From positions 3,513,142-3,577,141 of the forward strand of contig NC_068995.1 in the NCBI RefSeq assembly GCF_001194135.2: a DNA stretch of 64,000 nt. The letters run 5' to 3'. Position 1 is the first letter of the stretch; every line of letters starts with the position of its first letter. The notes beneath the pieces were generated by a model. The model was not told the origin of the DNA. It saw nothing but the letters and a program-made list of their open reading frames with translations, and did not search any database. The translations under genes were made by a program, and so were the position numbers. This DNA comes from Octopus bimaculoides. Lineage: Eukaryota. This document shows, one piece after another, positions 48,431 to 62,400 of this stretch.

Positions 48431-51400
48431 AAACACTCTCACTTCCCCTCCCCTGTAATCTTCTTTGCTCTGTCTGTCGACATGACAACCCACTCTCTCC
48501 ATCTTCCCCATGTCTGTGTGTCACATCAACCATTTGTTTGGATGGAAACACATTGCTTCTACTCCTGAGTTTTGTCTCTAAACACAATGGGACGAACGAC
48601 AACAACAACAACAACACAACAAAAGAAACAACAAACAAACAAAAAAAACCAATAAGATTTCATTCTTTACACTTTTCTTTCTTAAAACTCTTGTTGCGAC
48701 ATCATTTTTTTTTTTTTGGAAAAGTAACATTGAAGAAAAAAAAAAGGAAGAGAAAAAGTTTGTAAAAATGAAAGAAAGAAAGGAAGAACTATTAGTCAAT
48801 GTGACTCCCCTACCCCTACCCCCACCACCATCTCGAAGAATTAACGCAACAACAACAACAGCAACAAACCTCTGCCTCCCTATTTCCAAGCATCCTCGCT
48901 TTACGCAGAGGAGTGCCATTATTCTCAAAGAAAACTGTCTACTACTACTACTACTATTACTACTACCACTACTACTACACGTGAAAACTTTTTCTACTCT
49001 TATATTATTATATATATATGAACTTCTTAGAAATGAATATTTCTGTATTTTATTATAATCCAAAAACTTAGTTTAGACAAAATTTTTTTATATATGGAGA
49101 AAAAAAAAGAACACAATAAATAAATAAAAATGCGAAAAAAAACCCCCAAAAAAATCAAGAATTTTTCAAATAATAATAATAATAATAATGATGATAATAA
49201 TAATAATGATAACACTACTACTAATAATAATAAATTAATGATATTATTATTATTGATAATAATAATAATAATCGTAATAGTCTTCTAAGAAACCTTGAAA
49301 AGAAACAAAACACAAAAAGAAAATGTAAAATAAACAAACAAAAAAAAGGGCAAAATTCAGAGATTTTCATTATTTAAGATAGTCTTGAAGTCGGCCAAGA
49401 GCAATAATAAATAAATAAATAAATATATATTATTGCTTTCATATATACATCATCTTCATCATTGAGGTACTCCAAGACTATTCCATGTGTGGAACTAATA
49501 AATCTTATATTCCTGAGCCATATTAGATGATAATAGCATAGATTTTTATTTCCCTCTCATAAACTCAAAGTTCTACATACCATTTTTTCATTATCTCATT
49601 TTTTTTCCTATGCTAGTCATATTTATCTATATTGTTTTTATTATTTATATATATGTTAAAGCAAAACAAAATCTTTGGTGACATTCAATGGGAAAAGTAA
49701 TGATTTGTAACAGTAACATAAATAAATGGCAGTGCTCCAGTATGGCCACAGACTTTGAACTGGGAACACATAAAGGTAGAAAAAAATCCAAAAGCTTGTG
49801 TGTAAAAGGCAAGTTATTAANNNNNNNNNNNNNNNNNNNNNNNNNNNNNNNNNNNNNNNNNNNNNNNNNNNNNNNNNNNNNNNNNNNNNNNNNNNNNNNN
49901 NNNNNNNNNNNNNNNNNNNNNNNNNNNNNNNNNNNNNNNNNNNNNNNNNNNNNNNNNNNNNNNNNNNNNNNNNNNNNNNNNNNNNNNNNNNNNNNNNNNN
50001 NNNNNNNNNNNNNNNNNNNNNNNNNNNNNNNNNNNNNNNNNNNNNNNNNNNNNNNNNNNNNNNNNNNNNNNNNNNNNNNNNNNNNNNNNNNNNNNNNNNN
50101 NNNNNNNNNNNNNNNNNNNNNNNNNNNNNNNNNNNNNNNNNNNNNNNNNNNNNNNNNNNNNNNNNNNNNNNNNNNNNNNNNNNNNNNNNNNNNNNNNNNN
50201 NNNNNNNNNNNNNNNNNNNNNNNNNNNNNNNNNNNNNNNNNNNNNNNNNNNNNNNNNNNNNNNNNNNNNNNNNNNNNNNNNNNNNNNNNGTGTTTGTATA
50301 TATGTATGTATATGTGTGTTTGTATATATGTATGTATATGTGTGTTTGTATATATATATATATATACTTTGTTTTGAAGTGTTATGTACTATGCTTAGCA
50401 AACCAAGTCAGAGCTCTATACATTCATTACAGTACACTCCTATGTATACATTCGTAAAATGCATAGTGTTTATATAGCCATACTGGACTACATCAGCTGG
50501 AATGTATTGAATGTAAGGTATATAAAGCAAGTTTACCATAGAAATGATAAATTTTTCTATGGTGTACATTGATATATACATATATACATACACACATTCA
50601 CACTTACATATATACGCACACACATATATAATGTTTTATTAGAGAATGTGAAATCCTTTAAAAATGTAAAACACTCATTCCATCCCATAAGAAAATGATT
50701 TAATGATTTAATTAAAAAATAATTAAATAATGATTGGATGGTGTAATTGTTATATTTAAAATTTGTAAGACTGAGAAAATAATTTGAAAATCTCTGAATC
50801 CACTTGTTCTCTAGAAAGAAAGAGTTGATAAAGAACGTAGTTCCAAAACTTCAAGAAGCCATCATCAACATTGTGGTGGTCCATGTGTTATTGTTCTTCA
50901 TGTTGTTCAAGAAATAACCTACCCATCACTCTTTGTGTCATTCACTCCCCTGCTGAACCTCCTCCTCTACCCCTCCATCTGCCTACTTCTGTTGGCTGTG
51001 TGATATTAAATGTCAGAAAGGTTGTGTGTCCCACATTCTCTCTCTCAAGGAGATTGTAACCATGTTTCAATGCCTTGTTTTGTTTTATTTTATTATTATT
51101 ATCATTATCGTCATTATTATTATTATTATTATTATCATCATTTCCACCCCCTCCCTTTTAACATCATCATCATTTTAACTAATTATCTATGTCTAATCTG
51201 CATTTAATCATTTTTTTTTCAAAATCAGACAATTAATGAACATACAACACAATACAAACGCAAGCACAAAAAAAAAAGAAAATTTACATTTCGTCTCCAT
51301 TAAAATGCTGACCCCTCTCCACCACTACATCCCCCACCCCCAATCTCATCCCATTTTCTAAGGTATTCATTTTCTGCTCCCTTTTTTCCTCCCACAAGAA

Positions 51401-51849
51401 TCCCTTTCATTTGGTGTTTAAACATCCCACACTTCATTCAGGGGACACAGATCTTCCCCTGTATCAGAAGCAAAGTTTTTTTTTCCTTTTTAAAATTTAT
51501 TTATTTTTCTGTTGTTGTTGTTTCTTCTTCTATATCACTTTTCCTAATGAGGTTGTTACCTAATTAGTGTTAATTTAGTGTTACTTAATTAGTGTTATCG
51601 TTTTATCAGGTTGGTTGTTTGTTGTTTGTAGGGTATCATTATATAAATGTGAACTTCCCATTTCATTACCTGAATTTCTTTTTTAAACATTAAATATAAT
51701 ATTTGACATCTCCCTGTAATCAGAGGTCAGTAAACCGCAATATGACCTCAATAGCCAACAGACTGACCCTGTGGCCCATGAACTATCTGCTGTCTCACAC
51801 ACACATACACACACACACACACACATGCATTTATATATATATATATATA

Positions 51850-52182
51850 GGTAAAGACCTCTTTGGTTACAAATGACCATGGGATTGGACCTAGAAAGTT
51901 ACCCTCTGAGGCACAAATCCAGGCAAGGTTGTTTATGGAAGACCAGCAGTCGCCGATGCATACCAGTCTCCCCTCTCCACACCACCGATGTTGTCCAAGG
52001 GAAAGGCAATGGTCAATACAGTTTGGCACCAGTGACATTGCAACTCATTTCTACAACTGAGTGAATTGGAGCAACGTGAGATAAGATGTCTTACTCAAGA
52101 ATACAACATGCAGCCTGGTCTAGGAATTGAACTCACAACCTCACAATTGTAAGCATGACCCTCCACTGAGCCATGCACCTTC

Positions 52183-52186
<4 letters not shown>
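51850..52186 (-). mobile_element. tRNA-derived SINE family C, full length
   Basis: Minus strand has A-box TGGCTCAGTGG (52163-52173) and B-box GTTCAATTCC (52123-52132), then TTCTTGAGTAAGACA..TTGCTCCAATTCACTCAG (V-SINE-like central domain, name from memory). It is flanked by (TA)n. Confidence 0.85.
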
Positions 52187-52230
<44 letters not shown>

Positions 52231-52660
52231 NNNNNNNNNNNNNNNNNNNNNNNNNNNNNNNNNNNNNNNNNNNNNNNNNNNNNNNNNNNNNNNNNNNNNN
52301 NNNNNNNNNNNNNNNNNNNNNNNNNNNNNNNNNNNNNNNNNNNNNNNNNNNNNNNNNNNNNNNNNNNNNNNNNNNNNNNNNNNNNNNNNNNNNNNNNNNN
52401 NNNNNNNNNNNNNNNNNNNNNNNNNNNNNNNNNNNNNNNNNNNNNNNNNNNNNNNNNNNNNNNNNNNNNNNNNNNNNNNNNNNNNNNNNNNNNNNNNNNN
52501 NNNNNNNNNNNNNNNNNNNNNNNNNNNNNNNNNNNNNNNNNNNNNNNNNNNNNNNNNNNNNNNNNNNNNNNNNNNNNNNNNNNNNNNNNNNNNNNNNNNN
52601 NNNNNNNNNNNNNNNNNNNNNNNNNNNNNNNNNNNNNNNNNNNNNNNNNNNNNNNNNNNN

Positions 52661-52717
<57 letters not shown>

Positions 52718-55222
52718 GGTGTCTCACAGATGTGTTCTGTTCCATGGTCAACTGTTGGCAGTGACGCACTAAACTGTAGACTAGAAGAATTAGGTTGAAC
52801 CATGTTCGACATTCAGTTTGTCCAGCTGTTGTTTGTTACAGAGAAACTGCTGAAAAGAAGAACCATTTCATTGTCAAGTTCTACGTCTTGTGTTCCTCCT
52901 GTTTTTATTCCACCAGGGTTCATTAGCTTCCATATGGAATCATATGTCGTAGTATTCTGGAAATATTCTAAATATTTTTTAACTAAATGATAATGTGATG
53001 TTTAGTATGAAAGTAGTTATCAAATAACCATTTTTCCCTTTTTAAATTTATTCAACAAGATGGCCACAGAATGTAGATGTTGACTCTTTCTTTGACTTCT
53101 AGGTTTCGGTGTCATTGCTAGTATTTGTCAAATATTTTATATTTAACTGTCGAAGACTTCTAAAAACTCCAAAATGATAATGACCATCATGGCTTGGATT
53201 TCTAACCATGAAGTCTTAAGCTGGCCATGTCAGTACAGACATTCTTTAATTAGTTTGAATTAATTGATATCCACATTAATGGAATAGATCAAATGAATGA
53301 TGGCATTTACAGCCAATAAGTTATTCCTGATATTGTTCTACCCAAGACGTCTGACCAATATTTCGTTTGGTTTTAGCTTTATTAGAACAATTGTTTACTT
53401 CAAAAGCAATCTATTTCAAATTTATCTCTAAATGATGGAATGACAGCAACTGCTAAGATATTTTTTTTGCTATATTTGTTGAAATCTCAATTTAACACGA
53501 TCCAGTATTACTTCTTCTTAGCTCTAAAATGTGATGGATTAAAAAAACAAAACAAACCAAAAAACTCTTGTTAGTTCTATTGATCTCTTTAACAATCAAA
53601 TCTTATTTGTTAGCTCCACAGTGTGATTGATGAAGAACTCCTGTTGGTTCTATTGATTCTGTACTTTATTTCTAAAATATCACCATATTTGGTGCTGTCC
53701 TCTCCCAGGATACAATACCAGGTGTTCTGTCTGAGACAGAAATCGTGCCAGACTAAATAAATACTTTGCAATATCCAATATCTAGTTTGATCTTAGCAGG
53801 GTTCAATTTTCATCTTGCCCCTGTTGGGTTGACAAATTATGTATGAAGCGCCACCAAGTGGTTTTCTATTCTATAAATATTTAACTTTGTGCCAATAACA
53901 GAAATCAATATTATGAACAGAATTTTTAATTTCTAAGTGAAACAGAATAATATTCAAGAGTTTATGGAAGAGAGGTGGGGAAACATTTCTAGTATCTGAG
54001 GCAAATTGCCGGCACAGAAGAACCTGTTGTGAGGTAGATCTGTACCAAGAAAAACAATGTTTCTTTAATTTTACAAATAACCCATAAATATGTAACTTAT
54101 ATTAAATTATTGTTTTGGTGTTAGGGGTTAAAACCATTTTATTTTTCATCTGGGTATTTTAGAGACTTTGTCAACAAGTGGTTTACAAGATTGAATGCAA
54201 GTGAAATTTTGTCTGTGAGTAAGGGGTTCCTCACCCCAGAGAGTCGAATAATGGTGATGTACAGTAATGAATTGTTTGGATGGTTTTAGTGCAATGATTT
54301 ATTTTCTAAATTTGGTCAAAAGGTGAATAGGAATTTGTCTTCAAGAGAAAACTGACAAACCATGTCTTTTAGGCAGTTCTGGTCACTTTCAGTGGTATTT
54401 TCTTCCTGAAATTGTATAAAACCTCTCTTCACATAAAAAAATACAAAGATGCATTCAAATATCCAAATTTGAATTCTTTGAGGAATTCTTCAAATAAATT
54501 TGTAATTGGTCAGTATTTTTTTTTTTTAAATTAAGTGATTTGTCTTTAAAAAGTCATTCACACACACATACACACTTATGTATACACACACTCTCTGTCT
54601 CTCTCCCTCACACACGTCCAAACTCTCAAACTACATACTCACAGAGTCTTAGTGTGTCTTCCTTATAATAATTGCAAAAATTCTCAGGCTTTAAGTCCAA
54701 AAATAGAATTATTCTATTGACCTCTTCAATACCTCATTGTCACAGCAGCAGCACCAGAATTGGACAATTCTGGGAGCTTGTGATGCTGGAATTCTTTATT
54801 AATGACACATACATTAATCATCTGTGATTTAAGAAATGAAGAGTCTAATTATTATTTCTTAGGAGATATTAAAGAACATTCTCTCCATGCAATTACACTT
54901 CTACCTATATTGTATTATCTTTATCTATATGAAATTCTATGGAGTCTAAGTTATATTTAATATATATATATATATATGAATATATATATATATATGTATA
55001 GATGTGTATATATATATATTTGTTTTGTTTACTGTTTGTATGTCTCATTGTTACTGCTGATGTAATTATGGTGTCTGTGGAATTAAGAACTTTTTTTGGG
55101 AAGACATTCTTCCTGAACAACTAAACAATGTCTTCTTCAAGCAGAAATCATTTTTCTGCTTACATCTAATAAAATGGCTACAGTGGCAATCCTCTATTTA
55201 CATAAAGGATTCCTCGATAAAT

Positions 55223-55263
<41 letters not shown>

Positions 55264-55339
55264 NNNNNNNNNNNNNNNNNNNNNNNNNNNNNNNNNNNNN
55301 NNNNNNNNNNNNNNNNNNNNNNNNNNNNNNNNNNNNNNN

Positions 55340-55381
<42 letters not shown>

Positions 55382-57067
55382 ATCTAAGAATCCGTAAGTC
55401 AGAAAAGATAGGCACTTGTATATTTATCAAAGAATGGCTGTATTAAAGTGTACACTATTATAGATCCATTATGGCAAATCCTATCAATTGGTTTCATACT
55501 GGGTATTAAAACTGGATGTTAGATAACAGCATGGTTAAATAATACCACATGCTCTTCAGAGCTGGCAGGTATGGAAAAATATTGCAACTGCTCTCATTTA
55601 TATATGTGTATATGTATGTACTGTATCCACTTTATATCTTTGTTAGACAAGTGTTTTCACAGACACCAAAATGGTACAACAAAAAATTCCAGTGACTGAC
55701 ATATTTTTATTGTTTTCACCATTCTTTTGGTTTGTATTGCGATCTTTGAAATTATTTCTTTGATTAGAAATACATAATTTTGTTTTTTTATTAATTTTTT
55801 CCCAACATTTTTTTCCCCTTCTGAAGAAAATCTGCTGTATTTATTTGATAAACTCCAGATTATTATTTTTTTTTAAATCAAATACATTTTCATTAAAAAC
55901 TGTGAAAAATTGGCATGATTCTTCAGAGGGGTAAAAGAAAAATGTGTTTCCCTATTATTTGCTCATGATTGGTTTATTTTAATTATTGAAAATAATATTG
56001 TTTAATTATTGTGTTAAACAAGCCTGTTTATTTAAGATTTATTCCTGAAATATTTCAAACCCAATATTTTATGATTTGTGCAATAGAAAAATCAAAATTG
56101 ATTATGTTTAATATATTCTTTATTCATCTAACTCAGACAAAAATGATTCTATATCTTCAATATACCATGACCAAAGCTATATATATATAATATACACACA
56201 CACACACACACGCACACGTGAATATAACAAATATATAACACATAAATATAGCTATTACAATTATTTTTACAATGATATTTAATTTATTTGTCTTAAATAT
56301 CCAGGTTTGCTTCTTGTTTTTCATTCTTCCTAGTTACCAACTTTGGTAACTTTACTCTGGTGATCTTCTATGATCCATTTGAGTTTTTTTTTTTAAATTC
56401 AGAAATCCAAATTATAAGAAAACAGTTATAAAAAATCTCAAACGCTCAGTTCTGACTGGATTTTCAGATCTTGGTGAAAATATATTTCAATAGGTTTAAT
56501 AATAGCCACAACGAGTCTCTTCTATTATTATTGGCCAGTCAGTGTTTTTCTAATTAATTAAAATCATTTGTCAAATTTTTTTTTTTTTTTTTGGAGACAT
56601 TCCAAATACAAAATGACATTAAGAGATGAAGGAGTATTGGTTGATCAGTTGGTAAAGAAACCAGTATTATTATCTATTGATGAAGGCAGACTTAGTGAGT
56701 TAATGGTCAATGACAGGAATAAATGTGGATTATCAATTGGTAATTACCAAAATAGTGTAGACTGAGAATTCTGTTCTCATGAAGATTTAATTGAACTGTG
56801 ATGAGTATTGACTTTTAATCATTATAAATGTTTATTTTGTGCATTCGTATAGAGACCAGTGTCCTGTCTAGAGGTTTATATAAAGACCACTGTCTCATCT
56901 TGTGCTATAAGGACAAGCGTCCCATATTGTGGTATAGTGTCCCATCTCATGGTAGAGAAGATACTTATGGAGTATAGCAGGTGTGTTATGTTACTGGAAG
57001 GGTCAAATTATTTAGTTCTCACACAGGCAAACACACAAGTGCAATAGTTTGTGCTTGGATCTAAGAG

Positions 57068-57128
<61 letters not shown>

Positions 57129-57191
57129 CATACACACACACATATATGCAAGTGCAATATTTTGTGTACGGATGTAATAGGTTTGTGTGTG

Positions 57192-57267
<76 letters not shown>

Positions 57268-57516
57268 ATTTTAATAATTTAAAATAAACTACCTCTGGTA
57301 ATTATCTACCTTTCTGATCCACTTCCAAGTTTCTACCTGTCATAGAATAGTTACAGTTTTTCTCTCTCTTTCTCCTCCTTAACTGGCCGTTGTCTCTCTA
57401 AGATCACCTCTCTCTTTTTCTCTCTGTGGCCCTATCTTGATCATTTTCTTCCTGTGGCCCCCTCTCTCAGTTGATGACTCTGAGATCCTCTCTAGTTATC
57501 TTCCTCTACCATTGTT

Positions 57517-57553
<37 letters not shown>

Positions 57554-59040
57554 AATATATAAAAACAAAAAGATAAAGAGAGTAAAGGTAAGGTTGGAGA
57601 AGTATTTTATGGATAGAGTCTTACACACGCTAATACACGACTTATAATCCCCAATCCTGTTCATACAACGACTGGGGCAAACTAGTCGGTATACAGCACT
57701 TACTCGGTATTACCTGTATCCTCCTGGGTTTGGTTAAATCCAATACCCTCCTCAACCTTATANNNNNNNNNNNNNNNNNNNNNNNNNNNNNNNNNNNNNN
57801 NNNNNNNNNNNNNNNNNNNNNNNNNNNNNNNNNNNNNNNNNNNNNNNNNNNNNNNNNNNNNNNNNNNNNNNNNNNNNNNNNNNNNNNNNNNNNNNNNNNN
57901 NNNNNNNNNNNNNNNNNNNNNNNNNNNNNNNNNNNNNNNNNNNNNNNNNNNNNNNNNNNNNNNNNNNNNNNNNNNNNNNNNNNNNNNNNNNNNNNNNNNN
58001 NNNNNNNNNNNNNNNNNNNNNNNNNNNNNNNNNNNNNNNNNNNNNNNNNNNNNNNNNNNNNNNNNNNNNNNNNNNNNNNNNNNNNNNNNNNNNNNNNNNN
58101 NNNNNNNNNNNNNNNNNNNNNNNNNNNNNNNNNNNNNNNNNNNNNNNNNNNNNNNNNNNNNNNNNNNNNNNNNNNNNNNNNNNNNNNNNNNNNNNNNNNN
58201 NNNNNNNNNNNNNNNNNNNNNNNNNNNNNNNNNNNNNNNNNNNNNNNNNNNNNNNNNNNNNNNNNNNNNNNNNNNNNNNNNNNNNNNNNNNNNNNNNNNN
58301 NNNNNNNNNNNNNNNNNNNNNNNNNNNNNNNNNNNNNNNNNNNNNNNNNNNNNNNNNNNNNNNNNNNNNNNNNNNNNNNNNNNNNNNNNNNNNNNNNNNN
58401 NNNNNNNNNNNNNNNNNNNNNAAAACTATACCAAAAAAATCCCAAGAAATTCTATGATCATCTCAGTTTTTTTTTCTTTTCCATAAATTTTCCAAAAATT
58501 TTGTTGTTGTTATTGTTGTTGTTTGTTGTTAATATTATTATTATTAACATAATTATTAACATTATTATTATTATTATTACTACTACTACTACTACTTTTT
58601 TTTCTAATTTATTACTAAATATTTCATTCTTAATGCTGTATAAACAGTTCAGATGTGAACTTTTGAACATTTATCTGATCAGTGAAACGGTTTTTCATTT
58701 TTGTGTCAAATGGTGATATATTTTTCATAATTGTACTTTCTAGATGTTTGCGATGAATTTTTTGAAATTCTGTGTTTATTTCTTTTGGAAACTGAGTTGA
58801 TCATTGTTTTACCAAAATGGCTGAGATGTTACAAGAAATATCACAAAACAATTATCATTACTATTTCATCGTTAATTTCTGTCCATTTTTTTTCATTCCC
58901 CCCTCCCCGCCGCCCATTCGTCACCTTCTCCTATTACAAAAATATTCTCTGAGTCTAAATATTTATTATGCTTTCCATCTCCATTGTTAAACCATTCTAT
59001 GGCACCCATCTGTTTTTTTTTTGTTTAATTATTATTATTA

Positions 59041-59225
59041 ACAGCATTTCATCCGTTCTTATAATCCAAGTCCAAGCTCCACTAAGATCAGCTTTGCCTT
59101 TCAATTTTTCGGCATTGATGAAATACATACCAGTTGTGTACTGGGGTTGATGGTGATCTGCTAGCCCCAACCCTTGAAAGTTTCAGGCTTGGTGCCTATA
59201 GTAAGAAGGATTATTATTATCCTTG

Positions 59226-59272
<47 letters not shown>

Positions 59273-60617
59273 GTATTAAAACTCACAGCTTATATTGCTA
59301 GGCATGATGGAAAGTGTCATCTGTCCACAGCCAGCAGACTAAGGGGACACTTGTTTACTGGTCATGCTTCAAGAATCCTCTGAAGAATTCTTGCAGTTCC
59401 AAGCAATGCTGATTCTTGTAGGTGTTCTACCTTCACACTTGCACCGATCTTTTTCTGCCATGTTGGTAGTTGAGTGCAGATACTTCCAAGTGCACCAATC
59501 ACTATTGGTATCACCTCTATTATTATTATTATTATTATGAAGGCAGTGAGCTGACAGAACCAATATCATACTGGACAAAATGCTTAGAAGAATTTCTTCT
59601 TGTCATTCTAAGTTCAAATTCCACCGAGGTCACCTCGGCCTTTTCATCCTTTAAAGGGTTAATACAATAAGAACCAGTTGAGCCCCTGGGTCAATGTTAC
59701 TGATTTCTCCTTACTCTCAAAATTGTTAGCCTTGTGCAAAAGTTAGAAAGGATTATTATTATTGTTATTATTAATGAAAGGAATAACCATTTTTATTTCA
59801 TTTTTCTTATATTTATTTATTTTTAGATGATGATATAATAATAATAATTGTTATTATTTTTATTATCAAGAAAGCAGCAAGCTAGCAGAATCATGAGAAT
59901 GTTAAACAAAATGCTGAATGGCATTTCTCCCAGCTCTTCGTGTTCTGAGTTCAAATTCCACTGGGGGTCAACTTTACTGTTCCTCCTTTCAGGATCAATA
60001 AAATAAATCCCAGTTGTGTGCTGGGGGTCGATATAATTGACTCGCTCCCTCCTCTAAAACTCCTGGCATTGTGCCAAAATATTGAAGCTATTATTGTTGT
60101 TATTAAAGCAATGGGCTGGTGGAATTGTTTCCATATTGGACAAATTCTTCAGCAGCATTTCTTTGAGCTTTCTATGTCCAGAGTTAAGATCCCACCATAA
60201 TCAACATTGTCTTTCATTCTTTTGGTGGTGATGATGATGGGGTGGGGGACAGCAGTCAATAAAATATGTACCAGTTATATGCTGGAATCGATGTAAATGA
60301 CATTCCCATTCCCCTAAAAATTACTAGCTTTGTACTGATATTTCAAATTATTATTATTATTATTATTATTACTATGGTGGTGAGCTGTCAGAATCGTTAG
60401 CACACTGACTGAAATGCTTAGCGGTATTTCATCTGTTGCTTTGTTCTGAGTTCAAATTCTGCTGAGGTCGACTTTGCCTTTCATCCTTTTGGTGGGGTTG
60501 ATGAATTACGTACCAGTCGCATAATGGGGTCGATTACATCAACTAGTCCCTTCTCCCAAAATTTCAGGCCTTGTGCCTATAGTAGAAAGAGTTATTGTTA
60601 TTATGATGATTATTATG

Positions 60618-60652
<35 letters not shown>

Positions 60653-60866
60653 GGTGGTGAGCTGGCAGAATTGTTAGCACGCTGGGTGAAATGCTTAGCG
60701 GCATTTCGCCTGTCAGTACGTTCTGAGTTTAAACTCCGCTGAGGTTGACTTTGCCTTTCATCCTTTCAGAGTTGATAAATTAAGTACCAGTTGCGTACCG
60801 GGGATTGATGTAATCGACTAGTCCCCTTTCCCCAAATTTCAGGCCTTGTGCCTTTTGTAGAAAGGG
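59041..60866 (+). mobile_element. Head-to-tail array of six family A SINEs separated by (ATT)n
   Basis: Copies at about 59041-59210, 59539-59752, 59871-60088, 60105-60347, 60374-60591 and 60651-60866. All are on +, each with the CTTTCATCCTTT core and a GCCTTGTGCC..GAAAG tail. Confidence 0.88.
59273..59518 (-). mobile_element. Second R4/Dong-like element 3' end inserted in (TAA)n
   Basis: The minus frame reads IEVIPIVIGALGSICTQLPTWQKKIGASVKVEHLQESALLGTARILQRILEA* (stop at 59362-59364), then a ~90-nt 3' UTR and a (TAA)n tail. (TAA)n is also present at the 5' junction. Confidence 0.88.
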
Positions 60867-61329
60867 TAATTATTATTATTATTATTATTGGTGCCCAATA
60901 ATAATAATAATAATCTCTCTTCAACATTCTCAGTAAACTACCGTATACAATAAGGTTAGCTTATTCCAACTTTGTTACCTTATATACACCAATGATATTT
61001 GCCTATAGTCTACTTCTGGTATGTTAACAGTGATTATAGCAATAACCTGGATCTCACAATGATTAATTATAAACTTAACGACTTAAGAAAACAAACCAAC
61101 AAACTGAACATGGAGAATCTTGAGAGTAAACAAAGGATGTTTTAGGCTGAATTGTATGACCCTGGGGAAAAGCCGTGTACTGGGGCCGAGACATATTGGA
61201 TCAATAAAATTGTGAGGCCCTCAGTCAAGTGCCTAGTGTGGCCCTAGGTTAAAATGGGTCTGGGTGGGGGCTATGATTGTCAAAGTAGGTCTTCCTCAAC
61301 AATTGGATGTGGGCAGAGTGATGGTAGGA

Positions 61330-61515
61330 CTAAAGACATTGGTAGAATAATGACAGATGAGAAAGCCATTGGTGGAATGTCAGATGACTAACGACATTAG
61401 AGGAATAATGTCGGATGACTGAAAATATTGGTGGAATGACACCAAATGACTAAAACTATTAGAAGAATGATCTCAGGTGACTAAAGCCATTGGTGGAATA
61501 ATGATTGATGACTAA
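61330..61515. repeat. Degenerate ~31-bp minisatellite, six units
   Basis: Consensus approximately CTAAAGMCATTGGTGGAATAATGTCAGATGA. Confidence 0.85.
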
Positions 61516-62123
61516 TACAAATACAGGGATGTTATAAGGTTTCAAAAGCCGATTGAAGTGGAGTGGACCAGGAACTGGGATAGGAAGTGCCATGGAAATG
61601 TTTTCATTTAAAATTTTTCTTTTCTTTTCTTCACTTCCCCCCTTCATCATCTCATCTTTATATTTTTTAATTTTTCACCCAATTAATTACTCCAGTTAAT
61701 TATAAGCAAATATCTAATTCCAGTCATTTCATTGTCCATTCTTTTCTTTTCTCTCTCCTTTCACCATCCTTGCTCTCTATTAATTAACCAAACAATAGTA
61801 ATTAAATGGTAATTAAATAGTAATTGATAATGCCAACAGCTCGGCCATTTTGGTAGTAGTTTTTTTTTATATTAAAAAAAAATACATACCCCCCCTCATT
61901 AAAAAAAAAACAAAACAAAAAAAACCCTGTTTATTATTGTGTTAGATTGTTTCCCTAAATCGGTGATATCTGTTGTTGAATGGAACCAGACTTCTTTTCA
62001 GTAGTGCGTGTGTCTTGGAACGCAGTGGCGCTGGATTCTTAACAATTCCATTTCTTTTGGCAGGGAAAAAGTACGGTTATTTTTGATATGTTCCAGGTAG
62101 TTCTATGATAGACGAGAGAGTAA

Positions 62124-62189
<66 letters not shown>

Positions 62190-62267
62190 TATCATAAGAA
62201 TATATTTAGGACGAGCAACAATTTTTCCATACTGTAAACCTGTCCAAGCTGGCCATTAAGATTGTAA

Positions 62268-62400
62268 TAAGACAGTGAACTGCCAGAGTTGGTGGAGCAT
62301 CAGATAAAATACCATGCTGGGTTTTGAGTTGAAATCTTGCCAAGGCCAGCTTTGTCTTATATCCTTCAAGGGTCCATTAAAAAAAGGTAGGAACCCAGGG
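62268..62400 (+). mobile_element. Diverged family A-like SINE head and core
   Basis: AAGACAGTGAACTGCCAGAGT..TTTTGAGTTGAAATCTTGCCAAGGCCAGCTTTGTCTTATATCCTTCAAGGGTC. Confidence 0.5.

Noticed and set aside
2473-58716. Long ORFs containing X runs
   Set aside because: They are artefacts of N gaps (about 2598-3113, 5156-5558, 22021-22461, 35154-35507, 36782-37018, 37925-38528, 40358-40513, 49821-50289, 52231-52660, 55264-55339, 57763-58420), mostly flanked by microsatellites.
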